From Solirubrobacteraceae bacterium (GTDB lineage: Bacteria; Actinomycetota; Thermoleophilia; Solirubrobacterales; Solirubrobacteraceae): DNA of 37,680 nt. The notes below the pieces were generated by a model. The model searched no databases. It was not told where the DNA came from and saw only the letters and a list, made by a program, of their open reading frames with translations. The DNA lies in NCBI GenBank assembly GCA_035938755.1, contig DASZGO010000084.1, positions 1 to 37,680 on the forward strand, given 5' to 3'. Made by a program: the position numbers and the translations under genes. Below, piece by piece: positions 15,484 through 24,785 of the stretch; positions within the stretch are counted from its first letter, which is position 1, and each line of letters begins with the position of its first letter.

Positions 15484-16482
15484 TCAGCCCGCGGGTGCCG
15501 CCGCCCTTGCGGCCCGGGAGGCGCCGATCCGCGTCAGCGCCGCCCGATGCCGGCGGGAGCCGCCGATCAGCGACGCGTCGAGCTGGGCCCGCTTGTACAG
15601 CCAATGCACGTCGGCCTCCCAGGTGAACCCAATTCCGCCGTGGGCCTGAATCGCCGAAGCCGTCACCTCCCGGCCGCCCTCAGCCGCCGCGGCGGCCGCC
15701 AGGGCGGCCGCTTCGGGCAGGCGGTCGGGATCGGCGTCGGCCGCCCAGGCCGCGTAGTACACGCCTGAGCGGGCGCTCTCGGTGTCCCGCAGCATCTGGG
15801 CGCAGCGGTGGCTGACCGCCTGGAACGAGCCGACGGGCACGCCGAACTGCTTGCGGTCCTTGACGTATTCGAGTGTCATGTCCAGCGCGCGCTGGCACAC
15901 GCCGACCAGCTCGGCCGCGATGGCCGTGCGCACGCGCTCGGCCGCACCGGCACCCAGCGGCTCTCCGGACCCGCTGACCGTGGCGAACCGGCGGGTGGCG
16001 TCGATCGAGACGAACGGCTCGACGTCGGCCTCGTCCCGATCCAGCAATTGGGCGTCGTCGTCGTCTAGGAGCACGATCACCCCTGCGTCCTCGGCGTCGG
16101 CCGCCAGCTCGGGGGTCCCCAGCCCGGCCGTGATCTCGCCCGAGGCCAGCCCGGGCAGCCAGCGCTGCTGCTGGTCCGGGCTGCCGGCGGCTTCGATCAC
16201 CGCGGCGGCCGTGGCCGAGGACAGGAACGGAGACGCCGCACAGGCGTAGCCCAGCTCCTCGAGCAGCACGCTGAGCTCGACGGCGCCCAGGTCCTGGCCG
16301 CCGTGCTTGGCCGAGACGGCGATCCCGGGCCAGCCCAGCTCAACCAACTCGTTCCACAGCGCTTCGTCGTACCTGGCGGCCTCGGCCGCTTCGCGCACCT
16401 TGGCAAACGGAGAGCGGGCGGCCAGCAGGTCGTGGGCGACGCGCTTGATCTCCTTCTGCTCGTCGTTCAGATCGAAATGCAT
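15484..16482 (-). CDS. Acyl-CoA dehydrogenase family, short beta-type subunit
   Basis: YVKDRKQFGVPVGSFQAVSH, IQAHGGIGFTWE. It is 332 aa and lacks the usual SEP-x-AGSD and G-x-K-x-W FAD motifs. Confidence 0.9.
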   Translation of the reverse strand: MHFDLNDEQKEIKRVAHDLLAARSPFAKVREAAEAARYDEALWNELVELGWPGIAVSAKHGGQDLGAVELSVLLEELGYACAASPFLSSATAAAVIEAAGSPDQQQRWLPGLASGEITAGLGTPELAADAEDAGVIVLLDDDDAQLLDRDEADVEPFVSIDATRRFATVSGSGEPLGAGAAERVRTAIAAELVGVCQRALDMTLEYVKDRKQFGVPVGSFQAVSHRCAQMLRDTESARSGVYYAAWAADADPDRLPEAAALAAAAAAEGGREVTASAIQAHGGIGFTWEADVHWLYKRAQLDASLIGGSRRHRAALTRIGASRAARAAAPAG

Positions 16483-16492
16483 TCTCAGTCTC

Positions 16493-17632
16493 CTAACGTG
16501 CCTTGGGCAGGCCGAGCACCCGCTCGGCGACGATGTTCTTGAGGACCTCGGTGGTGCCGCCCTCGATCGTGTTCCCGCGGGCCCGCAGCAGCTCGTAGGC
16601 CCAGGGCGTGCCCGCTTGAAGCGCCTCGGGGCCGAGCAGGTCGGCCGCCAGCTGGGTCAGCTGCTGGTTGGTCTCAGACCACATCCACTTGACCAGGGAG
16701 CCCTCGGGCCCAGGCTGGCCGTAGCGCTCGATCTGGGTCAGGCCGCGGTACGCGGTCAGCCGGATTATCTCGGCCTTGAGGTGAAGCTCGCCCAGCTTGT
16801 CGGCCACCACCGGGTCCTCGAGCAGCCCTCGCCGGTCGGCTTCGGCCAGCACCTGATCGAGCAGCTGCCGCAGCCGAACCTGGAGGAAGAAGCCCAGCCC
16901 GGCCCGCTCGTTCATCAGCGTGGTCAGGGCCACTTTCCAGCCGTTGCCCACGCCGCCGAGCACGTTCTCGTCGGGGATGCGGGCACCCTCGATGAACAGC
17001 TCGTTGAACTCGGACTCGCCGGTCATCTGGCGCAGCGGCCGGACCTGGATCTCGTCCTGCTCCATGTCCATGAGGAAGTAGGTCAGGCCCTTGTGCTTGG
17101 GGACCTCGGTGTCCGTGCGGGCCACGAGCATGCACCACTTGGAGTACTGGGCGCCGCTGGTCCACACCTTCTGCCCGGTGACCACCCACTCGTCGCCGTC
17201 CTTGACGGCACGGGTCTTGAGCGAGGCCAGGTCGGAGCCGGCCTCGGGCTCGGAGAAGCCCTGACACCAGATCTCCTCGGCGGTGACCATCGGGGCCAGG
17301 AACCGATCCTTCTGCTCATCGGTGCCCCAGACCATGATCGTCGGCCCGGCGAGGAGCAGCCCAAGCACATTGGCTGGCAGTGGAGCCTGGGCCCGGGCCA
17401 GCTCCTCGAAGAAGATGGCCGACTCGGTCAGCGTCGCGCCGCGGCCACCGTACTCGACGGGCCAGTGCACGGAGGCCCAGCCGCCGTCGGCCAGGCGGCG
17501 CTGCCACTGCCGCCGCCACTCGTAGGCCTCGCCGTCGGAGTTCTCCGGCGGCTCGCCGGCCGGGTTGTCGGCCAGCCAGGCCCGCAGCTCGTCGCGGAAC
17601 GCGGTTTCTTTGTCAGTGAACGTCAGGTCCAT
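16493..17632 (-). CDS. Acyl-CoA dehydrogenase, alpha-type subunit
   Basis: WCQGFSEPEAGSDLASL, GQKVWTS, FNELF, TTLMNERAG, TIEGGTTEV. Strong Shine-Dalgarno AAGGAGG upstream. Confidence 0.93.
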   Translation of the reverse strand: MDLTFTDKETAFRDELRAWLADNPAGEPPENSDGEAYEWRRQWQRRLADGGWASVHWPVEYGGRGATLTESAIFFEELARAQAPLPANVLGLLLAGPTIMVWGTDEQKDRFLAPMVTAEEIWCQGFSEPEAGSDLASLKTRAVKDGDEWVVTGQKVWTSGAQYSKWCMLVARTDTEVPKHKGLTYFLMDMEQDEIQVRPLRQMTGESEFNELFIEGARIPDENVLGGVGNGWKVALTTLMNERAGLGFFLQVRLRQLLDQVLAEADRRGLLEDPVVADKLGELHLKAEIIRLTAYRGLTQIERYGQPGPEGSLVKWMWSETNQQLTQLAADLLGPEALQAGTPWAYELLRARGNTIEGGTTEVLKNIVAERVLGLPKAR

Positions 17633-18249
17633 GGTTGTGGTTCCTCCTTTGCGGCGAGCCGCACCGCGCAGCCCACCAGAACGTCTTCCAATTCGATCGC
17701 CCGGCCGCCCGCGCGCACGTGGGCACGGGCCAACTCGTGCACACCCGAGGACAGCACGTACAGCGCTTGCTCGGGAACCTCTACGCCGGCTCGGGCGAAC
17801 GTCCGGCCATAACGCCGGGCGAACCGCCGGATCGCCTCCTCACGCTCGGTATGGACTGGCGCCCACTCGAGCAGATACACCCGGGCAAACAGCGGCTCCG
17901 TATCGAACGTCTGCAGGTAGGCGCGCAGGCCCAGCCTGAGCTCCTCCCGCCAGTCGCTCGCCCCGCGCACCGCTGCGCTGACCCGTGCGGCCAGGACCTC
18001 CTGTCCCAGACGGTAGGCCGCGGCCAGGCACGCCTCTTTTGACTCGAACAGCTCGTAGAACGTGCCCCGGGACACGCGAGCCAGCTTGACCGCATCGGCC
18101 ACGGTCGCGGCCTCGTAGCCCTTCTCGGCCACCACGCGGACCATCGCGTCGAGCAGCTTGGCCCGCTGCGGCTTTTCGCTGAGCAGCGGTCCTAGGTCGG
18201 GGTGCGCGGTGATGAGCGATCCTTCCACCGAGCCCGCATCGTACCTCAT
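17623..18249 (-). CDS. TetR/AcrR-family transcriptional regulator
   Basis: RAKLLDAMVRVVAEKGYEAATVADAVKLARVSRGTFYELFESKE helix-turn-helix. Confidence 0.92.
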   Translation of the reverse strand: MRYDAGSVEGSLITAHPDLGPLLSEKPQRAKLLDAMVRVVAEKGYEAATVADAVKLARVSRGTFYELFESKEACLAAAYRLGQEVLAARVSAAVRGASDWREELRLGLRAYLQTFDTEPLFARVYLLEWAPVHTEREEAIRRFARRYGRTFARAGVEVPEQALYVLSSGVHELARAHVRAGGRAIELEDVLVGCAVRLAAKEEPQPWT

Positions 18250-18300
18250 GAGTATCGCTTGTGTACCTGTAAGGTCTCGCTGCGAAACTTCTGCACTGGA

Positions 18301-18317
18301 GTTGACCTATGGTCAAC
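18301..18317. promoter_or_regulatory. Palindromic candidate operator upstream of the TetR-ACAD operon
   Basis: GTTGACC-TAT-GGTCAAC; it contains a -35-like TTGACC on both strands. Confidence 0.55.
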
Positions 18318-18373
18318 CGGAGCGCAAAAGTTCGGGTCCCCAGGCCCCGCACCGCCGCGGGGCCCGATCCCGC

Positions 18374-18955
18374 CTACGCCGGGCCGCCGCCCCGCGCCTC
18401 GCCGGCCCGCATCAGCCGGTCGCGCAGCTGGCCCTCCAGCTCGGGCGTGGGGTCGAACGCGGAGGGATCGGGCAACTCCTTGAGCGAGCCCAGCCCGAAC
18501 AGGCGCAGAAACAGGTCCGTGGTCCGGTACAGCACCGCCCCGAACTGCGATCGGCCGGCTTCCTCGATCACGCCCCGCTCCAGCAGTGTGCCCACGGCCG
18601 ATTCCGCCCCCACCCCCCGGATGCGGGCGATCTCCGGCCGTGACACCGGCTGCAGGTAGGCCACGATGGCCAGCGTCTCGGCCTGGGCGGGGGTGAGCGG
18701 TGGCGTCCGGGGCTTGGCCAGGAGCTGCCGGGCGGCGAGCTCGGCCTCGGGATGGCTGGACAGGGCCCAGCCGCCGGCCAGCTCCCGCAGGACCAGACCG
18801 CGGCGTTCGAACTCGTAGTGCTCGCGCAGGCGCTCCAGCGCCGTCACCACGTCATGCAGCTCCGCGCCGGCCGCGTCGGCCAGCGCGTTCGCAGCCACGG
18901 GCTCCGGGCTCAGAAACAGCAGCGACTCCAGCGTGGGTTCGAGGGCCAGCGTCAT
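18374..18955 (-). CDS. scpB: SMC-Scp complex subunit ScpB
   Basis: LESLLFLSPEP, LTPAQAETLAIVAYLQPVSRPEIARIRGV, LYRTTDLFLRLFGLGSLKELP. Confidence 0.95.
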   Translation of the reverse strand: MTLALEPTLESLLFLSPEPVAANALADAAGAELHDVVTALERLREHYEFERRGLVLRELAGGWALSSHPEAELAARQLLAKPRTPPLTPAQAETLAIVAYLQPVSRPEIARIRGVGAESAVGTLLERGVIEEAGRSQFGAVLYRTTDLFLRLFGLGSLKELPDPSAFDPTPELEGQLRDRLMRAGEARGGGPA

Positions 18956-19695
18956 GACGCCACTCGCGCCGCGGCGGCCGGCGCCGCGATCGTGATCTCC
19001 CCGAATGGCTCATCCTGCTGCCAGGTCAGCTCGCCCTGCTTGTACAGCTCGAGGACCGCGAACAGCGTCACCGCTACCGTGACCCGGTCGGCCCGGGCGA
19101 TCGCCTCGTCGAAATTGAAGCTGCCCCGGCGTAGCAGCGCGCGCAGGTGGCCCAGGCGCTCGCCCAGACTGACCGTGGGAGCCGCCATGTGGCGGACGTC
19201 AACCGGCTCAGGAAGCTCGAGCAGGTCCCCGATTGCGCTGGCCAACCGCTCCGGTTCGTACACCGCCCGGGCCTCGGCCAGCGAGGCGCGGCGCAGCGCC
19301 GGCGGCAGCGGGGCGGAGCGGAACCGATAACCGGCCTGGGAGGCCAGCCGCTGGTCGAGGTAGCTGGCCGCCGCCCGGTAGCGGTGGGCGTCGAGGAGCC
19401 GGGCCAGCAGCTCCTCGGCCGCCTCGCCGGGATCCAGTTCGATCAGCTGCTCTTCCTCGCCCGGCAGCAGCAACCGCGACTTGAGCTCCAACAGGGCGGC
19501 GATCAGCACCAGGAATTCCGTGGCCGCCTCGAGGTCCAGCTCCCCGCGCCGGTCCAGGTGATCGATGTAGGAGATGACGATCTCGGCCAGGTCGACCTCG
19601 AGCAGGTCGACCTCTTCACGCAGGATCAGCGTGAGCAGCAGGTCGAACGGCCCGGCAAAGACGTCGAGATCGAGCTCCAGATCTACCAGGCGCAC
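18952..19695 (-). CDS. scpA: Segregation and condensation protein A (kleisin)
   Basis: FAGPFDLLLTLI, EFLVLIAALLELKSRLLLP, LFAVLELYKQG...QDEPFGEI. Confidence 0.95.
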   Translation of the reverse strand: MRLVDLELDLDVFAGPFDLLLTLILREEVDLLEVDLAEIVISYIDHLDRRGELDLEAATEFLVLIAALLELKSRLLLPGEEEQLIELDPGEAAEELLARLLDAHRYRAAASYLDQRLASQAGYRFRSAPLPPALRRASLAEARAVYEPERLASAIGDLLELPEPVDVRHMAAPTVSLGERLGHLRALLRRGSFNFDEAIARADRVTVAVTLFAVLELYKQGELTWQQDEPFGEITIAAPAAAARVAS

Positions 19696-19707
19696 GGGCT
19701 TGGCAGG

Positions 19708-20703
19708 CTACCCGCTGCGCCGGACCGGTCCAACGCCCATGGCCTGCCGCACGTCGAGCAGCGTGTCGGCGGCGATCGCGCGGGCCTTCTCGGCCCCGTC
19801 GGCCAGGATCTGTTCCAGCCGGGCCTCGTCTCCGCGCAGCTCCTGGAACCGCTCGCGGACCGGCGTCAGGTAGTCGACCACCGCGTCCGCTACGGCCGTC
19901 TTGAATGCGCCGTAGCCGGCACCATCGAATTCCTTCTCCACCTCCTCCGGCCGCACGCCGCGCACGGCAGACAGGATCTCGATCAGGTTCGAGATACCGG
20001 CCTTGTCGGGTCCCCGCACCACATCGGTCCCGGAGTCAGTCACGGCGGAGCGGAACTTCTTGGTCACCGCGTCAGGTTCATCCAGCACGTAGACGGTGCC
20101 CTGCGGGCTGCCGCCGGTGGTGGACATCTTGCGGTCCGGGAACTGGAGATCCATGATCCGCGCGCCCACCTCCGGGATCCGGTGCTCCGGGACCACAAGC
20201 GTCTCGCCAAAGCGCGCGTTGAACCGGACAGCGATGTCCCGCATCAGCTCGACGTGCTGGCGCTGGTCATCGCCCACGGGCACCTCATGGGCGCGGTAGG
20301 CGAGCACGTCGGCGGCCATCAGAACCGGATAGGAGAACAGGCCGGCGGACACCAACTCGCGCTGCGCGCCGGATTTCTCCTTGAACTGGTGCATGCGGTT
20401 GAGGTCGCCGAACGACGTGACGCTCGAGAGCAGCCAGGTCAGCTCGGTGTGCTCGAGGAGGTCCCCCTGGCGAAAGAAGATGCAGCGCTCGGGATCAAGC
20501 CCGGCGGCCAGAAGCGTGGCCGCGGTGTCGTACACGGACTCGCGCAGGGCCGCCGGCTCGTAGGGCACGGTGATCGCGTGTAGGTCCACGATGCAGTAGA
20601 TGGCCTCGCCGCGGTCCTGGCCGGCCACGTACTGAGTGATGGCCCCGATGTAGTTGCCCAGGTGCTTACGCCCTGTGGGCTGGATGCCCGAGAAGATCCG
20701 CAT
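19708..20703 (-). CDS. trpS: Tryptophan--tRNA ligase
   Basis: FSGIQPTGRKHLGNYIGA, YPVLMAADVL, VPVGDDQRQHVE, and the KMSKS variant KMSTT. Confidence 0.96.
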   Translation of the reverse strand: MRIFSGIQPTGRKHLGNYIGAITQYVAGQDRGEAIYCIVDLHAITVPYEPAALRESVYDTAATLLAAGLDPERCIFFRQGDLLEHTELTWLLSSVTSFGDLNRMHQFKEKSGAQRELVSAGLFSYPVLMAADVLAYRAHEVPVGDDQRQHVELMRDIAVRFNARFGETLVVPEHRIPEVGARIMDLQFPDRKMSTTGGSPQGTVYVLDEPDAVTKKFRSAVTDSGTDVVRGPDKAGISNLIEILSAVRGVRPEEVEKEFDGAGYGAFKTAVADAVVDYLTPVRERFQELRGDEARLEQILADGAEKARAIAADTLLDVRQAMGVGPVRRSG

Positions 20704-20715
20704 GTGGGGCCGAGG

Positions 20716-21351
20716 CTACTGAGCAGGCGCGGGGGCAGCCGCCGCCGGTTTGGCGCGCGGCTTTCGCAGCCCGTAGGCCGCGATCACGCCGGCGATCCCA
20801 CCCGCCAGATGCCCCTGCCAGGACACGTGGCCCTGGGGCACGAGACTCCCGATCAGCGCGCCACCCCAGACCACGCCGACCACGATGCCCACCAGCACCT
20901 CGAGCGCACTCCGGTCGAAGAAGCCCCGGACCAGCAGGTACGTGGCGTAGCCGAAGACAAGACCGCTAGCGCCGACTGTGATCGAGTGGGCCGGAGCGAT
21001 GAGCCACGTACCCAGCCCGCCCAGGAGAATCACGATCGCGGTAACCAGCGCCAGCCGCCTGGCGCCATGCAGCGCGATGATCACTCCTAAGAACACGAGC
21101 GGGAGCGTGTTCCAGAAGAGATGCTGGAAGCTGGCGTGCAGGAACGGCGCGGTGACGATCCCCCACAGGTGCGAGACGCTGCGGGCCCAGATTCCGTCGC
21201 TGTCCAGGCGGTTGGAGTCGATCGTGTTGATGATCTCGACGATCCACATGAGCGCCACCATCGAGGCCAGCAGCGTGATTCCCTCCCGCTGGGACCGGTA
21301 CTTGACCGGCCGCGGCGGGCGCGCGCTCTGATCTGAGACGGCAGTGCTCAT
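20716..21351 (-). CDS. Rhomboid-family intramembrane serine protease
   Basis: TAPFLHASFQHLFWN, VGASG (catalytic Ser), SWQGHLAG (catalytic His). The likely start is ATG 21351 (MSTAVSD), 7 nt after CATCCT. Confidence 0.9.
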   Translation of the reverse strand: MSTAVSDQSARPPRPVKYRSQREGITLLASMVALMWIVEIINTIDSNRLDSDGIWARSVSHLWGIVTAPFLHASFQHLFWNTLPLVFLGVIIALHGARRLALVTAIVILLGGLGTWLIAPAHSITVGASGLVFGYATYLLVRGFFDRSALEVLVGIVVGVVWGGALIGSLVPQGHVSWQGHLAGGIAGVIAAYGLRKPRAKPAAAAPAPAQ

Positions 21352-21373
21352 CACATACAGGATGGCAGGTGGC

Positions 21374-22504
21374 TCAGCTGTCCAGTGCCGCCAGGGCGAC
21401 GGCCACCGCCACCTCGGCCCGCTCCCGGAGCGACGCCGCCAGCACAAACTCTTCTGGGGTGTGGGCTCCACCCCCGCGCGGGCCCAGCCCGTCAACGGTC
21501 AGCGGGATGGCCGCCGCGAAGTGGCTGGCGTCGCTGGCTCCGCCCCGGGACACTCCGATGATCCGCCGCCCCAGCCGCGCCGACGCCGCGTCCAGCACGG
21601 CCCGAGTACCGGCCTGGGCATCCATCCCGGGCCACACCCGCTCCATTCGCGCCTCGAGCTTGACGCCGTCGATCTCCGGCGGCACCGCGCCCAGCACCGC
21701 GTCGAACGCCCCCATCCGGTCGGCCCGCAGGTCGAAGATCAGCTCCCCGGCCCCGGGCACGACGTTGAACGCCTGGCCGGCCCGCACGACCGTCGGCACC
21801 ACGCTCAGCCGATCCGGCCCCCCCGGGTCGTGCCGGGCCCCGATGTCCAGTGCTGTCCGGGCCAGGGCCAGGAGTGCGTTAGCGCCCTTGTCAGGCGCGC
21901 TCCCCGAATGGGCTGGCCGTCCGGTGGCCTGGGCCCGGAGCGTGCCGGCCGCCTTGCGCCGCACCACCACCCCCTCCTCGCCGGCCGGACCGCGTTCTCC
22001 GGCCTCGAAGCACAGGCAGCAGTCAAACTCGCTGAACCGCGGCACGTGCGCGAACCGGTGCGTGCGCCACTCCTCGTCGGTGACCAGCAGCACGGCCAGC
22101 TCGCCGAAACGCTCCGGTCGGGCGGCCAGCGCTCGGGCGGAGCCCAGCGCCAGGACCACTCCCCCCTTCATGTCGGAGGTGCCCGGTCCGTACAGCCGGC
22201 CGCCCTGGCGGCGCAGTGGACCGTGGGCCTCGTGTGCGATCACGGTGTCCAGGTGTCCGACCAGCAGGAGGCGGCCCCGGCCGGTGCCTGCGATCAGCGC
22301 CACCAGGTCGTCTGCGTTCTCCGGCGTCGAGCACGGGACCCGCTCGGTCCGGGCCTGGGCCGGCAGCAGCGCCGTGCACACCGCGATCGCCTCTTCGGCT
22401 CCGGCCCGGTCGCCGGAGGGCGATGACACCGCGACCAGCGCCTCGAGCTCGCGCTCGGCCCGAGCGGCGATCTCGATTGCCGACTGCGCGACGAGCTCGT
22501 CCAC
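21374..22504 (-). CDS. M20 family metallopeptidase (carboxypeptidase G2-like)
   Basis: GHLDTV, GPGTSDMKGG, DEE, AHSG..P.KGANA, GGASDA, DGLGPRGGGAHTPEE. Confidence 0.9.
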   Translation of the reverse strand: MDELVAQSAIEIAARAERELEALVAVSSPSGDRAGAEEAIAVCTALLPAQARTERVPCSTPENADDLVALIAGTGRGRLLLVGHLDTVIAHEAHGPLRRQGGRLYGPGTSDMKGGVVLALGSARALAARPERFGELAVLLVTDEEWRTHRFAHVPRFSEFDCCLCFEAGERGPAGEEGVVVRRKAAGTLRAQATGRPAHSGSAPDKGANALLALARTALDIGARHDPGGPDRLSVVPTVVRAGQAFNVVPGAGELIFDLRADRMGAFDAVLGAVPPEIDGVKLEARMERVWPGMDAQAGTRAVLDAASARLGRRIIGVSRGGASDASHFAAAIPLTVDGLGPRGGGAHTPEEFVLAASLRERAEVAVAVALAALDS

Positions 22505-22519
22505 GCGGGAGAGTGTGCG

Positions 22520-24712
22520 CTAACCGACGTCGGGAAGCGGCGTGCCGGGCGGCACCGGGCGCACCTGCCCGTCGAGGTCTCCGATGGCGTGCAGCTTCAT
22601 CAGCGCCCCGATCGCCGTCCGGGTGAACTGGCGCCCCGCCAGTTCGGCGCACTCGCTGAGCGCAGAGTCCGTGTTCTTCGGCTCGCTGTAGGGACGGCCT
22701 CCGGTCATCACGTCCCACGCGTCGGCCACGGCCAGCAACGCTGCCCCCTCGGGGATCTCGGCCTCGCTCAGGCCCTGGGGGTATCCGCTTCCGTCGGCCT
22801 TCTCGTGGTGGTCGCGGATCCATTCCACCTGATCGGGGGCCAGGACACCTTCCACGATCCGCGCCGACAGCTCCGCGTGCTCCCGGATCACCGACAGCTC
22901 CTCGCCGCTGAGCGGACCGTTCTTGCACAGCACGGCATCCGGGATGCCGACCTTGCCCACGTCGTGAACCAGGGCCGCCTCCTTGAGCAGCATCACCTTC
23001 TCCGGCGACCAGCCGGCCGCCAGGGCCAGGCTTCCGGCCAGTTTCGACACCCGCTCGGAGTGCTGGCTAGTGGCGGGATCCTTGGCGTCGATGGCCCGAG
23101 CCAACGCCTGAAGTCCCAGCACCGCGTTGGAGCGCTCCAGCAGATCGATCCGCGCCGGGCCGGCCAGCTCCTTGATCAGCTGGGCGTCGAATACCCAGCT
23201 GCGATTGCGCCCATGCGCCTTGCTCCAGTAGAGCGCGCTGTCGGCGTAGCGCACCAGTTCGGCCGCGTGCTCGGTGGCCCGCGTGTCGCAGATTCCGGCC
23301 GACACCGTAATCCGGTACGGCCGAGTGCAGGTGGCGGCGATCAGCCGCCGGGCGCGCTCGGTGGCCACCAGCGCCTCCTCGCGCGTGGTCTCCGGCATCA
23401 CCCAGGCAAACTCGTCTCCGCCCAGCCGGCCCAGCGTGTCCTCGACGCGGGCGTTGTCCATCAGGCAGCGAGCCACCGTGGTCAGCATCGCATCGCCTGC
23501 TTCGTGGCCGCTGAAGTCGTTGACCTGCTTGAAGTTGTCGACGTCGAGCACCACGACCGACAGCGTGCGGTCATGACGCACGCCGCGGGACACCTCGGCC
23601 GCCAAGCGCTCGTGCAGGGACCGCCGGTTGGCCAAGCCGGTGAGCGGGTCGGTCGAGGCCTGCGCCGCCAGCTGGGCCCGATCGTCCAGCGTGGCGATGG
23701 CCGAAGCCAGCAGATCGGCGAACTCCATCAGTTGACTCTCGTCATGGTCGGTCAGCCCAGGCTCGCCCGCGGCTACCGCGATGACTCCCCAGCTCTGGGG
23801 ACCCACCTTGACCGAGGCCATGATGCTCGACGCGAAGCCCAGCTTCCGGGTCTGACTGCCCTCCGGATAGTGGTTCACCCGCATCGGTCTCTCACCCGCC
23901 CGGGCTCGGTCGAGCTCGGAGCCGGGCCCGAACGGGACCACCCGGCCCGGCGGGTAGCGCCCCGACCTCTCATCGGCCCAGGAGCCGACCACCACGGCCT
24001 CGCAGTCCGACTCGAAGCGCAGGATTCCCGCCCCGGCGCCGCCCAGCAAGGCCGCCGCCTCGCGGGACACGAGGGCGTAGATCGCCTCCGACGGTTCGCC
24101 CTGGAGTACCGCCGTGGCGATGCGGCGCAGGGCGGCCTGTTCCGCCGCCAGCAGCTCGGCGCGGGCTCTGAGCTTGCGCATGAGCCCCTTGCCCAGCGAG
24201 ATCGTGGCGCCGAGGACCGCGAAGCTCGGCAGGACGATCACCAGCTCGGCGATGTAGTGGCTGTCTCCGGAGTGCGGGTCGTAGATCAGCGGCAGCGCCT
24301 GGACGATCATGCAGCCCACGATGTACACGGCGGCCACCGCCGGGCGGTGGAAGTAACCGGCGAATACGACGACGAACAACAGGTAAATCCAGCCCGGCGA
24401 CGCATGGCCGCCGGACGAGGCCACCACGCCGGCCACCAGACCAACCGAAACCAGGCTCAGGGCATGGATGAGCCACGTCGGCGCCTTGGGCCAGTCGATA
24501 CACAGCGCCATGATCAGCCCGCAGCCGGTGGCCACCGCGGCTAGGCCGACCATCCATGCCCAGTGGGCCCGACCCAGCCCCGGCAACAGCAGGAACGACG
24601 ATACGGTGATGCCGCCGAGCGCGTACATCCACCCGCCCACCTTGCCGGCTAGGACACGCTCCTCGGGGTCGATGGCCGCGTAGGCGGCCAGGCGTTTGAT
24701 TGGGTTACCCAT
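22520..24712 (-). CDS. Membrane-anchored GAF-GGDEF-HD-GYP c-di-GMP turnover protein
   Basis: About six N-terminal TM helices and a GAF-like region. GGDEF part: TDPLTGLANRR, DVDNFKQVND..GH..GD, RVED-x5-GGDEF. HD-GYP part: HDVGK, HHEKADGSGYP, DAWDVMT..RPY. Confidence 0.93.
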   Translation of the reverse strand: MGNPIKRLAAYAAIDPEERVLAGKVGGWMYALGGITVSSFLLLPGLGRAHWAWMVGLAAVATGCGLIMALCIDWPKAPTWLIHALSLVSVGLVAGVVASSGGHASPGWIYLLFVVVFAGYFHRPAVAAVYIVGCMIVQALPLIYDPHSGDSHYIAELVIVLPSFAVLGATISLGKGLMRKLRARAELLAAEQAALRRIATAVLQGEPSEAIYALVSREAAALLGGAGAGILRFESDCEAVVVGSWADERSGRYPPGRVVPFGPGSELDRARAGERPMRVNHYPEGSQTRKLGFASSIMASVKVGPQSWGVIAVAAGEPGLTDHDESQLMEFADLLASAIATLDDRAQLAAQASTDPLTGLANRRSLHERLAAEVSRGVRHDRTLSVVVLDVDNFKQVNDFSGHEAGDAMLTTVARCLMDNARVEDTLGRLGGDEFAWVMPETTREEALVATERARRLIAATCTRPYRITVSAGICDTRATEHAAELVRYADSALYWSKAHGRNRSWVFDAQLIKELAGPARIDLLERSNAVLGLQALARAIDAKDPATSQHSERVSKLAGSLALAAGWSPEKVMLLKEAALVHDVGKVGIPDAVLCKNGPLSGEELSVIREHAELSARIVEGVLAPDQVEWIRDHHEKADGSGYPQGLSEAEIPEGAALLAVADAWDVMTGGRPYSEPKNTDSALSECAELAGRQFTRTAIGALMKLHAIGDLDGQVRPVPPGTPLPDVG

Positions 24713-24725
24713 TGGCAGCGGGATC

Positions 24726-24743
24726 GGGAGGGCGCGCCCTCCC
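24726..24743. other. Perfect 18-bp palindrome in the 5' UTR of the c-di-GMP gene
   Basis: GGGAGGGCGCGCCCTCCC, which buries a GGGAGG Shine-Dalgarno-like sequence. Confidence 0.55.
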
Positions 24744-24758
24744 TGACCCTCAATGGAC

Positions 24759-24785
24759 TTGTCGGCAGAACTCGGGCCGGGTTTA
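24759..24785 (-). promoter_or_regulatory. Sigma28 (FliA/WhiG)-type promoter
   Basis: TAAA (24785-24782), 15-nt spacer, GCCGACAA (24766-24759); one mismatch to the established TAAA-N15-GCCGATAA consensus. Confidence 0.72.

Noticed and set aside
19708-20703. Non-canonical KMSTT in TrpRS as a sign of a pseudogene
   Set aside because: The ORF is full length with the HIGH-like and other motifs intact, and KMSKS variants are common.
20704-20715. T-box or attenuator upstream of trpS
   Set aside because: Only 12 bp separate trpS from the rhomboid gene, leaving no room.
22589-24544. Long antisense or alternative-frame ORFs (also 9445-11451, 16307-17812, 19147-20583, 35567-36775 and many others)
   Set aside because: They shadow well-supported genes and lack recognisable motifs. 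Such ORFs are expected where stop codons are scarce in GC-rich DNA.
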